64,000 nt of DNA from Candidatus Brevefilum sp. (GTDB lineage: Bacteria > Chloroflexota > Anaerolineae > Anaerolineales > Anaerolineaceae). The notes below the pieces were generated by a model. It saw only the letters and a program-made list of their open reading frames with translations. It searched no databases and was not told the origin of the DNA. This document shows positions 19,964-29,872 of the stretch, one piece after another. The number at the start of each line of letters is the position of its first letter. The stretch's first letter is position 1. Position numbers and translations under genes: made by a program. Location of the stretch: assembly GCA_040772425.1 (NCBI GenBank), contig JAXGYD010000001.1, positions 1,340,931 to 1,404,930 of the forward strand, read 5' to 3'.

Positions 19964-20490
19964 TCAGTCTATCCGTTCTCTTTTGGATCCTTGTCATCAT
20001 TTTTGCCGCCATTGGTGCCATCCGCGGTTGGATAAAAGAAATTTTGGTCACTGCAAGCGTAATCTTGGCTCTCTTTACCATCTTTCTGCTTGAAAAATAC
20101 ATGCCAATCTTCTCAGAAGCTGTCAATATGGAAAATCCCTTTACGATGCGGATTGGAGTCCTTGCAATTTTGACCTTTTTTGGTTATCAGGGGCCGCGCT
20201 TTTTATCCCTCATCCGGGATCAAAAACATTTTCGAGACAAAATTGGCAACTTCTTATTGGGTGCCATATGTGGTGCGATCAATGGCTACATGATTTTTGG
20301 CACCGCTTGGTATTTTTTGGATCAAGCTGGTTATCCCTTTGAATGGATCACCGCACCAAGCTCGGTCACCCAGGTTGGTCAAAATATCATTAACTTGATT
20401 GAGATCCTGCCGCCTAACTGGCTTCAAGAACCAGTTATCTATGTATCTGTTGCTGTTGCTTTTGGATTAATTTTGATAGCGTTTATATGA
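19960..20490 (+). CDS. CvpA-family (colicin V production-like) membrane protein
   Basis: 176 aa and about 4 TM helices. The N-terminus LVIIFAAIGAIRGWIKEIL is typical of CvpA. It is translationally coupled on both sides (ATGA overlaps). Confidence 0.6.
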   Translation: MISLSVLFWILVIIFAAIGAIRGWIKEILVTASVILALFTIFLLEKYMPIFSEAVNMENPFTMRIGVLAILTFFGYQGPRFLSLIRDQKHFRDKIGNFLLGAICGAINGYMIFGTAWYFLDQAGYPFEWITAPSSVTQVGQNIINLIEILPPNWLQEPVIYVSVAVAFGLILIAFI

Positions 20491-22814
20491 TGAAACACAT
20501 TCACCTCATTGGGATCGGCGGCTCAGGATTGTCTGCCATCGCCCAAGTCCTCCTAGATAAAGGCTACACCGTCAGCGGTTCAGACCGTGTGGCGTCGCCT
20601 TTATTTAACACCATCACAAATGCTGGGGCGCAGACCTTTGTTGGCCATGCCGCTGAGCAAATTGCAGGCGCAGACCTCGTGTTGCGCTCCTCTGCAATCT
20701 CAGATGATAATCCTGAAGTTGAAGCTGCTAGAGCTCAAGGTATCCCTGTGCTGAAAAGGGCTGAATTTCTGGCGGAACTCACCGAAGACAAGCAGGCCAT
20801 CGCTATTGCCGGCAGTCATGGCAAAACAACCACAACTGCCATGTTGGTCTGGATGCTGTCAAAGCTGAATCAAGATCCAAGTTACATCGTGGGCGGCGTG
20901 CTCAATCAATTTGCTTGTAATGCCCATGCTGGCTCAAGCCGCTATTTTGTCATCGAAGCCGATGAGTACGACAATATGTTCCTCGGCTTATCGCCCTTCA
21001 TTGGCGTTATAACCAACATCGAACATGATCATCCAGACTTCTTCCCCACCGAACAAGACTACCTGGATGCATTCCAAGCTTTTGTTGCAAAAATTCAGCC
21101 TGACGGCATTGCCCTTTTATGCGCCGACGATCCCTTGACTGGGACTCTCCTGGAAACAATAGAAAATCCAGAATTCCAAGTCCTCACCTATGGAACATCA
21201 CCAAAGGCGGATTATCAAGCCGATCAAATCAAATTAGATGGAACTCAGCATCAGTTCATCCTCAAAAAACGTCAAAAAGATGGTCAGATGCACGAGCTGG
21301 GGTCTCAAACAATAACCCTACCGGGGTATCACAATATCCTCAACGCCACAGCTGCTTTAGCGATCGTTGACCTGTTGGGTCTGCCTCTCGAAAAAGCGAT
21401 GCGAGCCCTGCAAACATTTTCGGGCACCCAACGCCGGTTTGAGGTGCTTGGAGAGGTTAATGACATCACCCTTATCGATGATTACGGTCACCACCCCACC
21501 CAACTGGCGGTGACGCTCACAGCAACCCGGCTCCAATACCCTGAGAAGCGCATTTGGGCTGTTTGGCAACCCCACACATACACCCGAACCATGGCGCTAG
21601 CGGAAGAATTCAGCTATGCCCTTGAACTTGCAGATCGGATTTTGATTTTGCCGGTGTATGCAGCTCGAGAGGAAAACCCGGGATATTCCGCAGCGGCATT
21701 TGTCGAAAAATTACCCATGTATCAGGCTGCTTACAGTCAAGACCTCAAAAGCGCCAAAGCATACCTGCTGACTGAACTACGACCCGATGATGTGGTCATT
21801 TTCTTCTCAGCTGGTGATGCCACTGCATTGAGCCAAGCGGTTCTATCTGAATTGCAGAGAAAAAACAAGGTGGTTCCGACATTCAAGCCTCAGGCGAACG
21901 CCATCCCAATCGACGAGCTAAGAGAGATATTTGGCACAAAATTGCACGAAAACATCAAAATGGCTAATTTCACCACCGCGCGCGTGGGTGGTGCCGTCCC
22001 AGCTTTAATTACCATTTTTACAGTAAATGAATTGGCGAAGGCAGCCACACTTCTTTGGGAAAATGCAACGCCCTTCATTATTTTGGGGAGTGGTTCCAAC
22101 ATCCTTGTCAGCGACAAAGGCATTGACACGGTCATCTTGCACAATCGAGCGCATAACATCAAAATCGATACGACCAGTGATGTTCCCAGTATCTATGCTG
22201 AATCCGGCGCCATTCTTGGCACTGTGGCACGGCAGTCAGCCCTGCGGGGTTTAAGTGGTTTGGAATGGGCTGCACCCGTTCCTGGCACCGTAGGCGGTGC
22301 TGTTTACGGCAACGCCGGTGCCCACGGCTCTGACATGGCTGAAAGTCTAAAAATGGCAGAAATCTTGCACAAATTAAATGGAAAGGAACTTTGGCCTGTT
22401 GAAAAATTGGCTTATCAGTACCGCAGCAGCGTGCTGAAACGGAAAAAAATCCCCTGTGTGATCCTTTCAGCAACATTTAATGCGGTCCGATCGAGCCGAG
22501 AAGCAGCCTGGGAAAAAATAAATGCATTTCAGACACACCGAAAAGAAACCCAACCCCCCGGTGCGTCTATGGGTTCCATTTTTAAGAACCCCCCTGGCGA
22601 TTATGCAGGCCGATTAATCGAAGCTGCCGGCCTCAAAGGCCGCCGGGTTGGTCAGGCGATGATCAGCCCGCAGCACGCAAATTTTATTGTCAATTTGGAA
22701 GGAGCAAAGGCTCAGGATATTTGGCATTTAATCAGGATGGCACAGGAAACTGTCAAGGACAAGTTTGGCGTAAGCCTGGAACCCGAAATAGAAATCCTGG
22801 GAGACTTTGAATAA
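20487..22814 (+). CDS. murC/murB: Bifunctional MurC (UDP-MurNAc--L-alanine ligase) / MurB (UDP-GlcNAc-enolpyruvoyl reductase) fusion
   Basis: Residues 1-458 look like MurC (IGIGGSGLSAIA, AIAGSHGKTTTT, DDYGHHP). From about residue 473 (nt ~21903) it looks like MurB (ANFTTARVGG, LGSGSNILVSD, GSIFKNP, ISPQHANFIVN). It is one uninterrupted frame. Confidence 0.9.
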   Translation: MMKHIHLIGIGGSGLSAIAQVLLDKGYTVSGSDRVASPLFNTITNAGAQTFVGHAAEQIAGADLVLRSSAISDDNPEVEAARAQGIPVLKRAEFLAELTEDKQAIAIAGSHGKTTTTAMLVWMLSKLNQDPSYIVGGVLNQFACNAHAGSSRYFVIEADEYDNMFLGLSPFIGVITNIEHDHPDFFPTEQDYLDAFQAFVAKIQPDGIALLCADDPLTGTLLETIENPEFQVLTYGTSPKADYQADQIKLDGTQHQFILKKRQKDGQMHELGSQTITLPGYHNILNATAALAIVDLLGLPLEKAMRALQTFSGTQRRFEVLGEVNDITLIDDYGHHPTQLAVTLTATRLQYPEKRIWAVWQPHTYTRTMALAEEFSYALELADRILILPVYAAREENPGYSAAAFVEKLPMYQAAYSQDLKSAKAYLLTELRPDDVVIFFSAGDATALSQAVLSELQRKNKVVPTFKPQANAIPIDELREIFGTKLHENIKMANFTTARVGGAVPALITIFTVNELAKAATLLWENATPFIILGSGSNILVSDKGIDTVILHNRAHNIKIDTTSDVPSIYAESGAILGTVARQSALRGLSGLEWAAPVPGTVGGAVYGNAGAHGSDMAESLKMAEILHKLNGKELWPVEKLAYQYRSSVLKRKKIPCVILSATFNAVRSSREAAWEKINAFQTHRKETQPPGASMGSIFKNPPGDYAGRLIEAAGLKGRRVGQAMISPQHANFIVNLEGAKAQDIWHLIRMAQETVKDKFGVSLEPEIEILGDFE

Positions 22815-22815
22815 T

Positions 22816-23919
22816 ATGACTGAAAAATTAAAACTTGGCATTATTTATGGTGGAAGATCAGGTGAGCACGCTGTCTCATTAATGTCGGCGCGTTCAGTCC
22901 TGTCCGTGATCGATCGTACAAAATTTGATGTTGTTGAAATTGGAATCACACGCACGGGACAGTGGCTCGTCGGCGAGAACTTATGGGAAGGTCTGCAAGC
23001 CGAAAATTACGCCGATTTACGCCCCGCAATTTTCATCCCATCACCGAAAAGCCCGGGCATTTTCACCCTCACAGAGGGACAATTATATTTGTTTTTTCAT
23101 CTGGATGTAGTTTTCCCTGTGATGCACGGCACCTTCAGTGAAGATGGTACCTTGCAAGGCCTTTTGGAACTTGCTGACATCGCCTATGTTGGTTCAGGTG
23201 TTTTAGGCTCGGCGGTCTGCATGGATAAGGGTTTGTTTAAGCATGTGATGGTCTCTAATGACATCCCCACCCTACCCTTTATCGTCCTAAATCGATCAGA
23301 ATTGCAGCAAGATTTGAACCAATGCGTAGAAAAAGCTGAGTCAATTGGTGCTTACCCCCTGTTCACCAAACCAGCCAACCTCGGCTCATCCGTCGGTGTT
23401 AATAAGTGCATTAACCGCAGTGAACTGGTGGAAGGGATGCTTACTGCGGCACGCTATGACCGCCGGATCGTGGTTGAAAAAGGCATCAGCAATGCCCAAG
23501 AAATCGAGGTGAGCGTCCTGGGTAATGAAAATCCTGCAGCATCCATCCCCGGAGAGGTGATTCCTAAGGATATTTTCTACACCTACAATGAAAAATATAT
23601 CAACGAAACCGCTGAGTTGAACATCCCCGCACCCATTTCGCCTGATATGGTCTCACAAGTTCAAGAACTGGCTGTTAAAGCCTACAAAATTTCGGATTGT
23701 GCTGGAATGGCCCGGGTTGACTTCCTTGTCGACCGTCAAAATAACGCCATATTCCTTAACGAGATCAACACAATCCCTGGATTTACAAAAATCAGTATGT
23801 ATCCCAAGCTGTGGGAGGCAACTGGGCTCCCCTATAAAGATTTGATCGAAAAACTGATAAATTTGGCAATCGAAAGAAAAGCGCAACGCGACCAAACAGA
23901 AAGAGAGTTTCGAGCATAA
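22816..23919 (+). CDS. ddl: D-alanine--D-alanine ligase
   Basis: GIIYGGRSGEHAVSL at the N-terminus and ATP-grasp motifs (ARVDFLV, LNEINTIPGFT). I prefer the ATG at 22816 over the TTG at 22807. Confidence 0.93.
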   Translation: MTEKLKLGIIYGGRSGEHAVSLMSARSVLSVIDRTKFDVVEIGITRTGQWLVGENLWEGLQAENYADLRPAIFIPSPKSPGIFTLTEGQLYLFFHLDVVFPVMHGTFSEDGTLQGLLELADIAYVGSGVLGSAVCMDKGLFKHVMVSNDIPTLPFIVLNRSELQQDLNQCVEKAESIGAYPLFTKPANLGSSVGVNKCINRSELVEGMLTAARYDRRIVVEKGISNAQEIEVSVLGNENPAASIPGEVIPKDIFYTYNEKYINETAELNIPAPISPDMVSQVQELAVKAYKISDCAGMARVDFLVDRQNNAIFLNEINTIPGFTKISMYPKLWEATGLPYKDLIEKLINLAIERKAQRDQTEREFRA

Positions 23920-23920
23920 G

Positions 23921-24925
23921 ATGGCAAAACGCCAGGAAAAAGAAGTTAAACAGGCTAGAAAACTTCTAGTCCGCCATAAGCAAAACCGGGTGAAGAGCCA
24001 GGCACAACCCATCAGTGGCAGTGCCACCCGAAAAACGCGGCTTCGCAGTGTTCCCGTTACCCATCGGAAAACCACCCGTGTTCAGCCGGTCAACCGAAAA
24101 CGTCGGAAAGTTAGTGTGCCCTTGAAAACAAGGGGCGCCGAACTGCAATTGCCAGCCTTTCCGCAGCTTCAATTGGGTTGGCGCCTGATCTCTGGTGCTA
24201 TTTTCGTGCTCTCATTATTTGTGATCATCAGTTTTTCAAACTTCAGCACATTTAAAGTCAACGCTGTCAACCTAAAAGGCACCGAGAGGTTGACTGCCGC
24301 AGAAATTCTTGCAGAACTTGACCTCTCTGATACCACTATTCTTAAAGTGCAACCTGATCAAGTTGAAAAAGATCTCTTAGCAGCCTTCCCAAGCCTTCGG
24401 GAAGTGAATGTGTCAGCTGGGTTGCCGGCAGTTCTCAATATTAAAGTTGTCGAAAGAACACCCCTTGTTTTATGGCAAAAACAAGATGAATCACTGTGGA
24501 TCGATGTTGAGGGCGTCATTTTCCCCGTCAGAGGAGAATTGGAAGCACCCTTATCAGTTCTCGCTTACGACGATCCTCCCGCCGGACCAACCACCAACGC
24601 CCCCCTCATTGAAGAAGATGTTGAGGAGAATCTAGATTCGGAAGAGCCAGCACTGCCAACCACAGGCTTTGAATTCGTCCAGGCGATCTTAGCACTCAAT
24701 GAATATGTGCCGATCAACACCCAAATGCAATATGACCCCAGTTTTGGTCTTGGCTGGGAGGATCCGCAAGGTTGGTTGGTATTTTTTGGCAGAAACACAT
24801 CAGAAATTAATACCAAGCTTTTAGAGTATCAAACGATCATTGCAGCGCTGCAAGAGAAAAATATCACCCCAGCGCTGATCAGTCTTGAAAATCTTCATGC
24901 GCCGTTTTATCGATTGGAGCACTAA
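23921..24925 (+). CDS. ftsQ: Cell division protein FtsQ with a long basic N-terminal tail
   Basis: A TM helix followed by a POTRA-like segment (VNAVNLKGTERLTAAEI). Sits between ddl and ftsA. About 90 K/R-rich residues lie ahead of the TM helix. Confidence 0.75.
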   Translation: MAKRQEKEVKQARKLLVRHKQNRVKSQAQPISGSATRKTRLRSVPVTHRKTTRVQPVNRKRRKVSVPLKTRGAELQLPAFPQLQLGWRLISGAIFVLSLFVIISFSNFSTFKVNAVNLKGTERLTAAEILAELDLSDTTILKVQPDQVEKDLLAAFPSLREVNVSAGLPAVLNIKVVERTPLVLWQKQDESLWIDVEGVIFPVRGELEAPLSVLAYDDPPAGPTTNAPLIEEDVEENLDSEEPALPTTGFEFVQAILALNEYVPINTQMQYDPSFGLGWEDPQGWLVFFGRNTSEINTKLLEYQTIIAALQEKNITPALISLENLHAPFYRLEH

Positions 24926-24927
24926 TT

Positions 24928-26157
24928 ATGGATGAGCCGATAATTGTAGGCATTGACATTGGAACCAGTAAAATTTGTACCCTCGTTGCCCGGGTTGAAG
25001 AAGGCAGCAATCTCCGCATCCTTGGTGTGGGCATCGAGCCCTCCCAGGGAATGCGCAAAGGAACCGTTGTCGATCTGAATGCCGCCGCTTTAGCCGTTTC
25101 GCGATCTGTGGAAAAAGCCGAACGCACATCAGGTTTTGAGATCAACGCAGCCTTGGTAAGTTTAGCTGGTTCACATGTTTCATCAATTAACAGTCGGGGC
25201 GTTGTTGGCATCACAGGCGGCATTGTAGACTCAGAGGATATTGAACGCGCCCTTGACGCAGCCCAGGCTATCGCTATCCCCCACAACCGAGAAATTATCC
25301 ATGTCATCCAACGTGGGTTTATCATCGATGGCCAAGATGGCATCCACACGCCCATTGGAATGCATGGCTACCGGTTGGAAGTGGAAGCCCACATCATCAC
25401 AGCTTCCTCCTCCACAGTGGAAAATCTGCGCCAATGCGTTGGGGCTTCGGGGATTGAAGTCTCCCAATTCGTGTTAAATCCCCTGGCATCCGGAGAAATC
25501 GTTCTTTCTGAGACCGAACGCCAAATGGGCGTAGCGGTGATTGACATTGGTGGAGGCACCACCGACTTAGCCATCTACATTGATGGCGATGTGTGGCATA
25601 CGATGGTGCTGGCTCTTGGCGGCAACCACGTCACATCGGATATCGCCCATGGCTTACGGTTACCGATCTCCCAAGCTGAAGAAATTAAATTAAAGTTTGG
25701 TCATGCGTTGCAATCAAGTGTTAACCCAGAAGAACAATTTACTGTGCGCAGTTTTGGCGGGGACGGTCCCACTCGCATCGATCGGATTGAATTAGCTAAC
25801 ATCATCGAAGCCCGGATGGAAGAAATTTTTTACATGGTTTTACAAGAAATCAAGCGCTCGGGTTATGACGGCTTATTGCCTGCCGGGGTTGTGATCACCG
25901 GTGGATCCAGTCTAATGCCCGGAACACGTCAATTAGCTTCCCAGGTGATGGGATTGCCCACCCGCATTGCTAAACCGCAAAACCTGATTGGTTTAGCCGA
26001 TCAACTAGATTCGCCTGCCTACTCCACCAGTGTTGGCTTGTTAGAGTGGGCCATATTAATGAGCGAGACAGACCAATACATCGATCGCCCAAGAACAAGG
26101 CGCTCTGATAATTGGATGGATAACCTAAAGGATTTACTCAGGCGACTATTACCCTGA
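24928..26157 (+). CDS. ftsA: Cell division protein FtsA
   Basis: Actin-fold motifs GIDIGTSKI and DIGGGTTDLAI, and position before ftsZ. Confidence 0.92.
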   Translation: MDEPIIVGIDIGTSKICTLVARVEEGSNLRILGVGIEPSQGMRKGTVVDLNAAALAVSRSVEKAERTSGFEINAALVSLAGSHVSSINSRGVVGITGGIVDSEDIERALDAAQAIAIPHNREIIHVIQRGFIIDGQDGIHTPIGMHGYRLEVEAHIITASSSTVENLRQCVGASGIEVSQFVLNPLASGEIVLSETERQMGVAVIDIGGGTTDLAIYIDGDVWHTMVLALGGNHVTSDIAHGLRLPISQAEEIKLKFGHALQSSVNPEEQFTVRSFGGDGPTRIDRIELANIIEARMEEIFYMVLQEIKRSGYDGLLPAGVVITGGSSLMPGTRQLASQVMGLPTRIAKPQNLIGLADQLDSPAYSTSVGLLEWAILMSETDQYIDRPRTRRSDNWMDNLKDLLRRLLP

Positions 26158-26208
26158 GCTTGACAATAACAAATTACTCAAATTCAAATCTAGTAGAGGA
26201 GTTTTCAA

Positions 26209-27366
26209 ATGGAAAAGAATATCAACCCAGAGTCATTCGCAAGAATAAAAGTTGTTGGTGTAGGGGGTGGCGGTTGCAACGCCGTCAACAGGATGATCGA
26301 TGAAGGTCTAACCGGCATCGAGTTCATCGCTGTCAACACAGATGCCCAAGCATTGCAATTCTCAAAGGCAAAAACCAGGGTTCGAATTGGCAGCAAAGCC
26401 ACACGAGGCCTTGGTGCAGGTGGTGACCCCCGTATTGGGCGCCTTGCAGCAGAGGAATCTGCAGAAGAGCTATACGAGGTCCTCAAAGGCGGCGATATGG
26501 TCTTTGTCACAGCCGGTCTCGGTGGCGGCACGGGCACTGGTGGTGCCCCAGTCGTAGCACAGATTGCAAAAGAAATCGGCGCCCTCACCATTGGTGTAGT
26601 CACCCGACCCTTCACCTTTGAAGGCACGCACCGCGCAAAATCGGCCGAGGAAGGCGCTACAGCCCTCAAAGAACATGCCGACACCCTCATCATCATCCCC
26701 AATGACCGTTTGCTGCAAATTGTTGACAAACGCTCCGGGCTGCAAGATGCCTTCAAAGTAGCTGACGATGTGTTACGCCAGGGTATTCAAGGTATTTCTG
26801 AGCTGATCACCGTCCCTGGTCTGATCAACCTGGACTTTGCAGACGTTCGCACCATCATGTCTGAAGGCGGCGCAGCATTAATGGCCGTCGGGCAAGCCAG
26901 CGGTGAGGATCGCGCAGCCAAAGCAGCCGATCAAGCCATCTCCAACCAGCTCCTGGATGTCACCATCGACGGCGCTCGCGGCATTCTCTTCAATGTGACT
27001 GGCGGCGAATCCCTGAAATTATTCGAGGTCAACCAGGCGGCAGCAATCATCAAGGAAACAGCCCACCCCGATGTCAACCTCATCTTTGGCGCAGTCATTG
27101 ATGAAAAAATGGGCGAAGATTTGCGCGTCACCGTTATTGCCACCGGGTTTGAAGGCACCAGCGTCAACTCCGCTGAAAGAGTAGCGGAAATCCGCCGACA
27201 AAAGGATGCCAAACAAAACCCTCTCCCTCGAGTGTTTGATGAGGACGGAGAAGATGAAGAAGGTGTAGACAGGGCCGATTCAGCTGAAACCGCCGAATTC
27301 TTCACTCGGATCAATACAGACGATCTTGACGTGCCCGCTTTCTTGCGCAAACGGAATCAAAATTGA
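26209..27366 (+). CDS. ftsZ: Cell division GTPase FtsZ
   Basis: Tubulin signature [20 protein letters not shown], and the C-terminal peptide [12 protein letters not shown]. Confidence 0.97.
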   Translation: MEKNINPESFARIKVVGVGGGGCNAVNRMIDEGLTGIEFIAVNTDAQALQFSKAKTRVRIGSKATRGLGAGGDPRIGRLAAEESAEELYEVLKGGDMVFVTAGLGGGTGTGGAPVVAQIAKEIGALTIGVVTRPFTFEGTHRAKSAEEGATALKEHADTLIIIPNDRLLQIVDKRSGLQDAFKVADDVLRQGIQGISELITVPGLINLDFADVRTIMSEGGAALMAVGQASGEDRAAKAADQAISNQLLDVTIDGARGILFNVTGGESLKLFEVNQAAAIIKETAHPDVNLIFGAVIDEKMGEDLRVTVIATGFEGTSVNSAERVAEIRRQKDAKQNPLPRVFDEDGEDEEGVDRADSAETAEFFTRINTDDLDVPAFLRKRNQN

Positions 27367-27434
27367 TCATCGGTTTTATGAGAGCAAACACTCATAAGGC
27401 TCCTCGAAAATTGAAGTTGAATTTGATGGAAAAA

Positions 27435-27463
27435 AGCCCTAAGAACTTTCCATTCTTAGGGCT
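27435..27463. repeat. Palindromic CCCTAA..TTAGGG hairpin element (copy 1)
   Basis: agccctaagaa / ttcttagggct forms an 11-bp perfect stem with a 7-nt loop. Confidence 0.6.
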
Positions 27464-27503
27464 CGGCCTTATTTAGCCCCACATATGGGGTATTACACAT
27501 AAT

Positions 27504-27523
27504 AAGCCCTACATCTAGGGCTT
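27504..27523. repeat. Palindromic AGCCCTA..TAGGGCT hairpin element (copy 2)
   Basis: aagcccta / tagggctt forms an 8-bp stem with a 4-nt loop. A weaker ccccacatatgggg hairpin lies at 27477-27490. Confidence 0.5.
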
Positions 27524-27530
27524 TGATTGA

Positions 27531-27558
27531 AAACGCAGGTATTTACGCCTGCGTTTTT
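27531..27558 (+). terminator. Intrinsic terminator candidate downstream of ftsZ
   Basis: aaacgcagg / cctgcgttt forms a 9-bp stem running into TTTTT. Confidence 0.6.
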
Positions 27559-27732
27559 CAGTACCTATTCAATCCTAAAGGGACTCACCTGAGTTTTTCA
27601 TTTTCGTGTCATGAAAATCGCGTTCTTACAAAAAAATTGGTAAAAATATAAATGAACAAGGAACTGAAGTCCTATAATACCTTTTCCTTAATAATTTGAC
27701 ACAAAAAGAAACTGTATGGAACCCCCGCCCGG

Positions 27733-27763
27733 CCCTCTCCCTGGGTAGGGAGAGGGTTTTTTT
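27733..27763 (+). terminator. Strong intrinsic terminator with no annotated gene immediately upstream
   Basis: ccctctccc / gggagaggg forms a 9-bp GC-rich stem with a 6-nt loop, followed by seven T residues. Confidence 0.7.
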
Positions 27764-27934
27764 ACCAAGTTTTGTTGAAGACGCGCACACCTATGATGCA
27801 ACAACTTAAAGCCTCGTGAGGGTGCCCATCCCTCTTTATTTAATTTCTTTCCCAGTGACACCACTATTTACCAACCTTAAATATTCAAATCCACCTTGAT
27901 TGGGCAAAACATATCATCATATTGATGCTTGAAA

Positions 27935-27954
27935 GGGCTCAGCGTGCTGAGCCC
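27935..27954 (-). terminator. Hairpin downstream of ptsI (weak terminator candidate)
   Basis: gggctcag / ctgagccc forms an 8-bp stem with a 4-nt loop. On the minus strand it is followed only by a short ttt. Confidence 0.35.
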
Positions 27955-28027
27955 CTACTTTATAGGTTTTATTCGATTTTATCCACCACCATACTGATCG
28001 GTATTTCAAGAAAGAATTCTTAATACG

Positions 28028-29767
28028 CTAATAATCCAATCCTAAATCTTTCAAGAACTGCTGACTGCGTCCCATAACCTCTTCAGCATCTGCGCATTCA
28101 AGCACCGCTTTCGCCAACTGTCGACACGCATCCCGATGCAAATGCTGCATCACCTGTTTGATAATTGGGACTCTGGACGGCGACATGCTAAATTCATCCA
28201 GATCCAGACCCATCAAAATCGGGGCAGCCAATGGTTCACCAGCTAACTCACCGCACAATCCCACCCACTTGCCCGCTTGATGGGCATGTTCAATGGTGTA
28301 CTTAATCAGGCGTAAAACTGCTGGGTTCAATGGGTGCGCCAAATGGGCAACTTTACTGTTGGTGCGATCGACCGCCAAAGTGTACTGGGTGAGGTCATTG
28401 GTGCCAATGCTGAAGAAATCCACTTCAGGCGCTAACTGGTCTGCCATTAAAGCTGCTGAGGGCACTTCAACCATAATCCCAAATTGAACATCTTTGGAAA
28501 ACGCTTTACCCTCCGCAGTCAGTTGCTCTTTCGCTTTCTGAATGACATCTTTGACTGCTCTAATTTCAGCCAGTCCAGACACCATTGGAACCATAATTCG
28601 TAAATCGACCGCTTCAAGTGCACCGGCTTGCATCAGCGCTCGAAATTGGGTTAAGAAGAGAGATTCCAAACCGTCAAGCATGCGGACGCCGCGCCAACCG
28701 AGGAAGGGATTCAATTCTTCGGGTAAATCAAGATATGGGATGATTTTGTCCCCACCAATATCCAGGGTGCGTACCACAAAGGGCATTCCCTTGTAATGGT
28801 GAAATACCTGGCGATACGCTTCAATTTGCTCAATTTCTGTCGGCAAGGATTGCCGATCCAAATAGAGAAATTCTGTGCGGAATAAGCCAATCCCCTCAGC
28901 ACCATTCAGGATGCCCAGGGGCGCATCTTCCACCCCACCAATGTTGGCTACAACCTCAACCCGCTCCCCATCGGCATTAACACAGGGCGCTTGTGCTGCT
29001 TCGCGCGCAGCTTTTTGCGTCGTTTTTTCCTCTGTTTCTCGCTGGATAAAATCATCCAAGGAGGATTGGTCGGGGCTGACGATAACTTCACCTTTGTGAC
29101 CATCGACCAAGACCATCGTGTCTGATGGGACGGACAAAAATTCCTCACCCAAGCCAACCACTGCAGGCAGTCCAAAAGCTTTTGCTAGGATCGCCGTGTG
29201 CGAGGTCGGCCCACCTTTGGCAGTACAAAAAGCTAAAACAAAGTCTTTATCAAAACCTGCCGTATCTGATGGGGTTAGGTCATCCCCACAAATAACCACG
29301 GGATCATTGATCTTTGTGCCACCCCCACCTGCGCCCAATAAATGACCGAGAACACGGTGCCCAACATCACGAATATCAACGGCACGGCTGGCCATGGTTT
29401 CATCTGGAATGCTTTCCATCATTTGGGCAAAGAACTCAATCGCATCCATCCAAGCCTTTTCAGCATTGACACCTTGGTCAATATCATTTTTGGCTTTATC
29501 CAAAAGAGCTGCATCCTCAAGAATCATCAGGTGAGCTTCAAAGATCTCGGCTTCGTTGCTGGAGGAACGACTGCTGACATCTTCTTTGATTTCAGCGATC
29601 TCAACTTGCGCTTCCTCGATAGACTTTGATAAACGCTGCTTTTCTCCTTCGGGGTCGCTAATGGCGTATTCTGGCACTTTCAATTCTTCTTTGCTTATCA
29701 AGAATGTTTTGCCATGGGCAAGCCCAGGGGCTGCCGGGATCCCTTGAAAGCGATGGTGTTCTGACAC
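28028..29767 (-). CDS. ptsI: Phosphoenolpyruvate-protein phosphotransferase (PTS enzyme I)
   Basis: Phospho-His motif GGPTSHTAILA, then GLFRTEFLY, IGTNDLTQY and the LCGE active-site Cys. Confidence 0.93.
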   Translation of the reverse strand: MSEHHRFQGIPAAPGLAHGKTFLISKEELKVPEYAISDPEGEKQRLSKSIEEAQVEIAEIKEDVSSRSSSNEAEIFEAHLMILEDAALLDKAKNDIDQGVNAEKAWMDAIEFFAQMMESIPDETMASRAVDIRDVGHRVLGHLLGAGGGGTKINDPVVICGDDLTPSDTAGFDKDFVLAFCTAKGGPTSHTAILAKAFGLPAVVGLGEEFLSVPSDTMVLVDGHKGEVIVSPDQSSLDDFIQRETEEKTTQKAAREAAQAPCVNADGERVEVVANIGGVEDAPLGILNGAEGIGLFRTEFLYLDRQSLPTEIEQIEAYRQVFHHYKGMPFVVRTLDIGGDKIIPYLDLPEELNPFLGWRGVRMLDGLESLFLTQFRALMQAGALEAVDLRIMVPMVSGLAEIRAVKDVIQKAKEQLTAEGKAFSKDVQFGIMVEVPSAALMADQLAPEVDFFSIGTNDLTQYTLAVDRTNSKVAHLAHPLNPAVLRLIKYTIEHAHQAGKWVGLCGELAGEPLAAPILMGLDLDEFSMSPSRVPIIKQVMQHLHRDACRQLAKAVLECADAEEVMGRSQQFLKDLGLDY

Positions 29768-29872
29768 GTCATTCTCCTTAATAAATGATCCTCTTTAAAA
29801 TTCCGAATTAAAAGAAGATAATTGTCTCTTGTACTAAATTCAAGAAAAACCAATTATCTTCTTTGTCAGTTG

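Noticed and set aside
26205-27350. Long antisense and alternative-frame ORFs over ftsZ (183, 139 and 91 aa). Similar shadow ORFs lie over ptsI, murD/ftsW, nrdJ, ftsA, the cytochrome gene and others.
   Set aside because: Each overlaps a confidently identified conserved gene on the other strand or in another frame. Their translations are low-complexity (Ser/Pro/Arg/Ala-rich). They are typical shadow ORFs.
27560-27763. Possible 6S RNA or SRP RNA in the orphan-terminated segment after ftsZ.
   Set aside because: The two ends show no long-range complementarity, which 6S RNA would need. The conserved SRP domain IV motif is absent. The segment is kept only as an unexplained transcript candidate.
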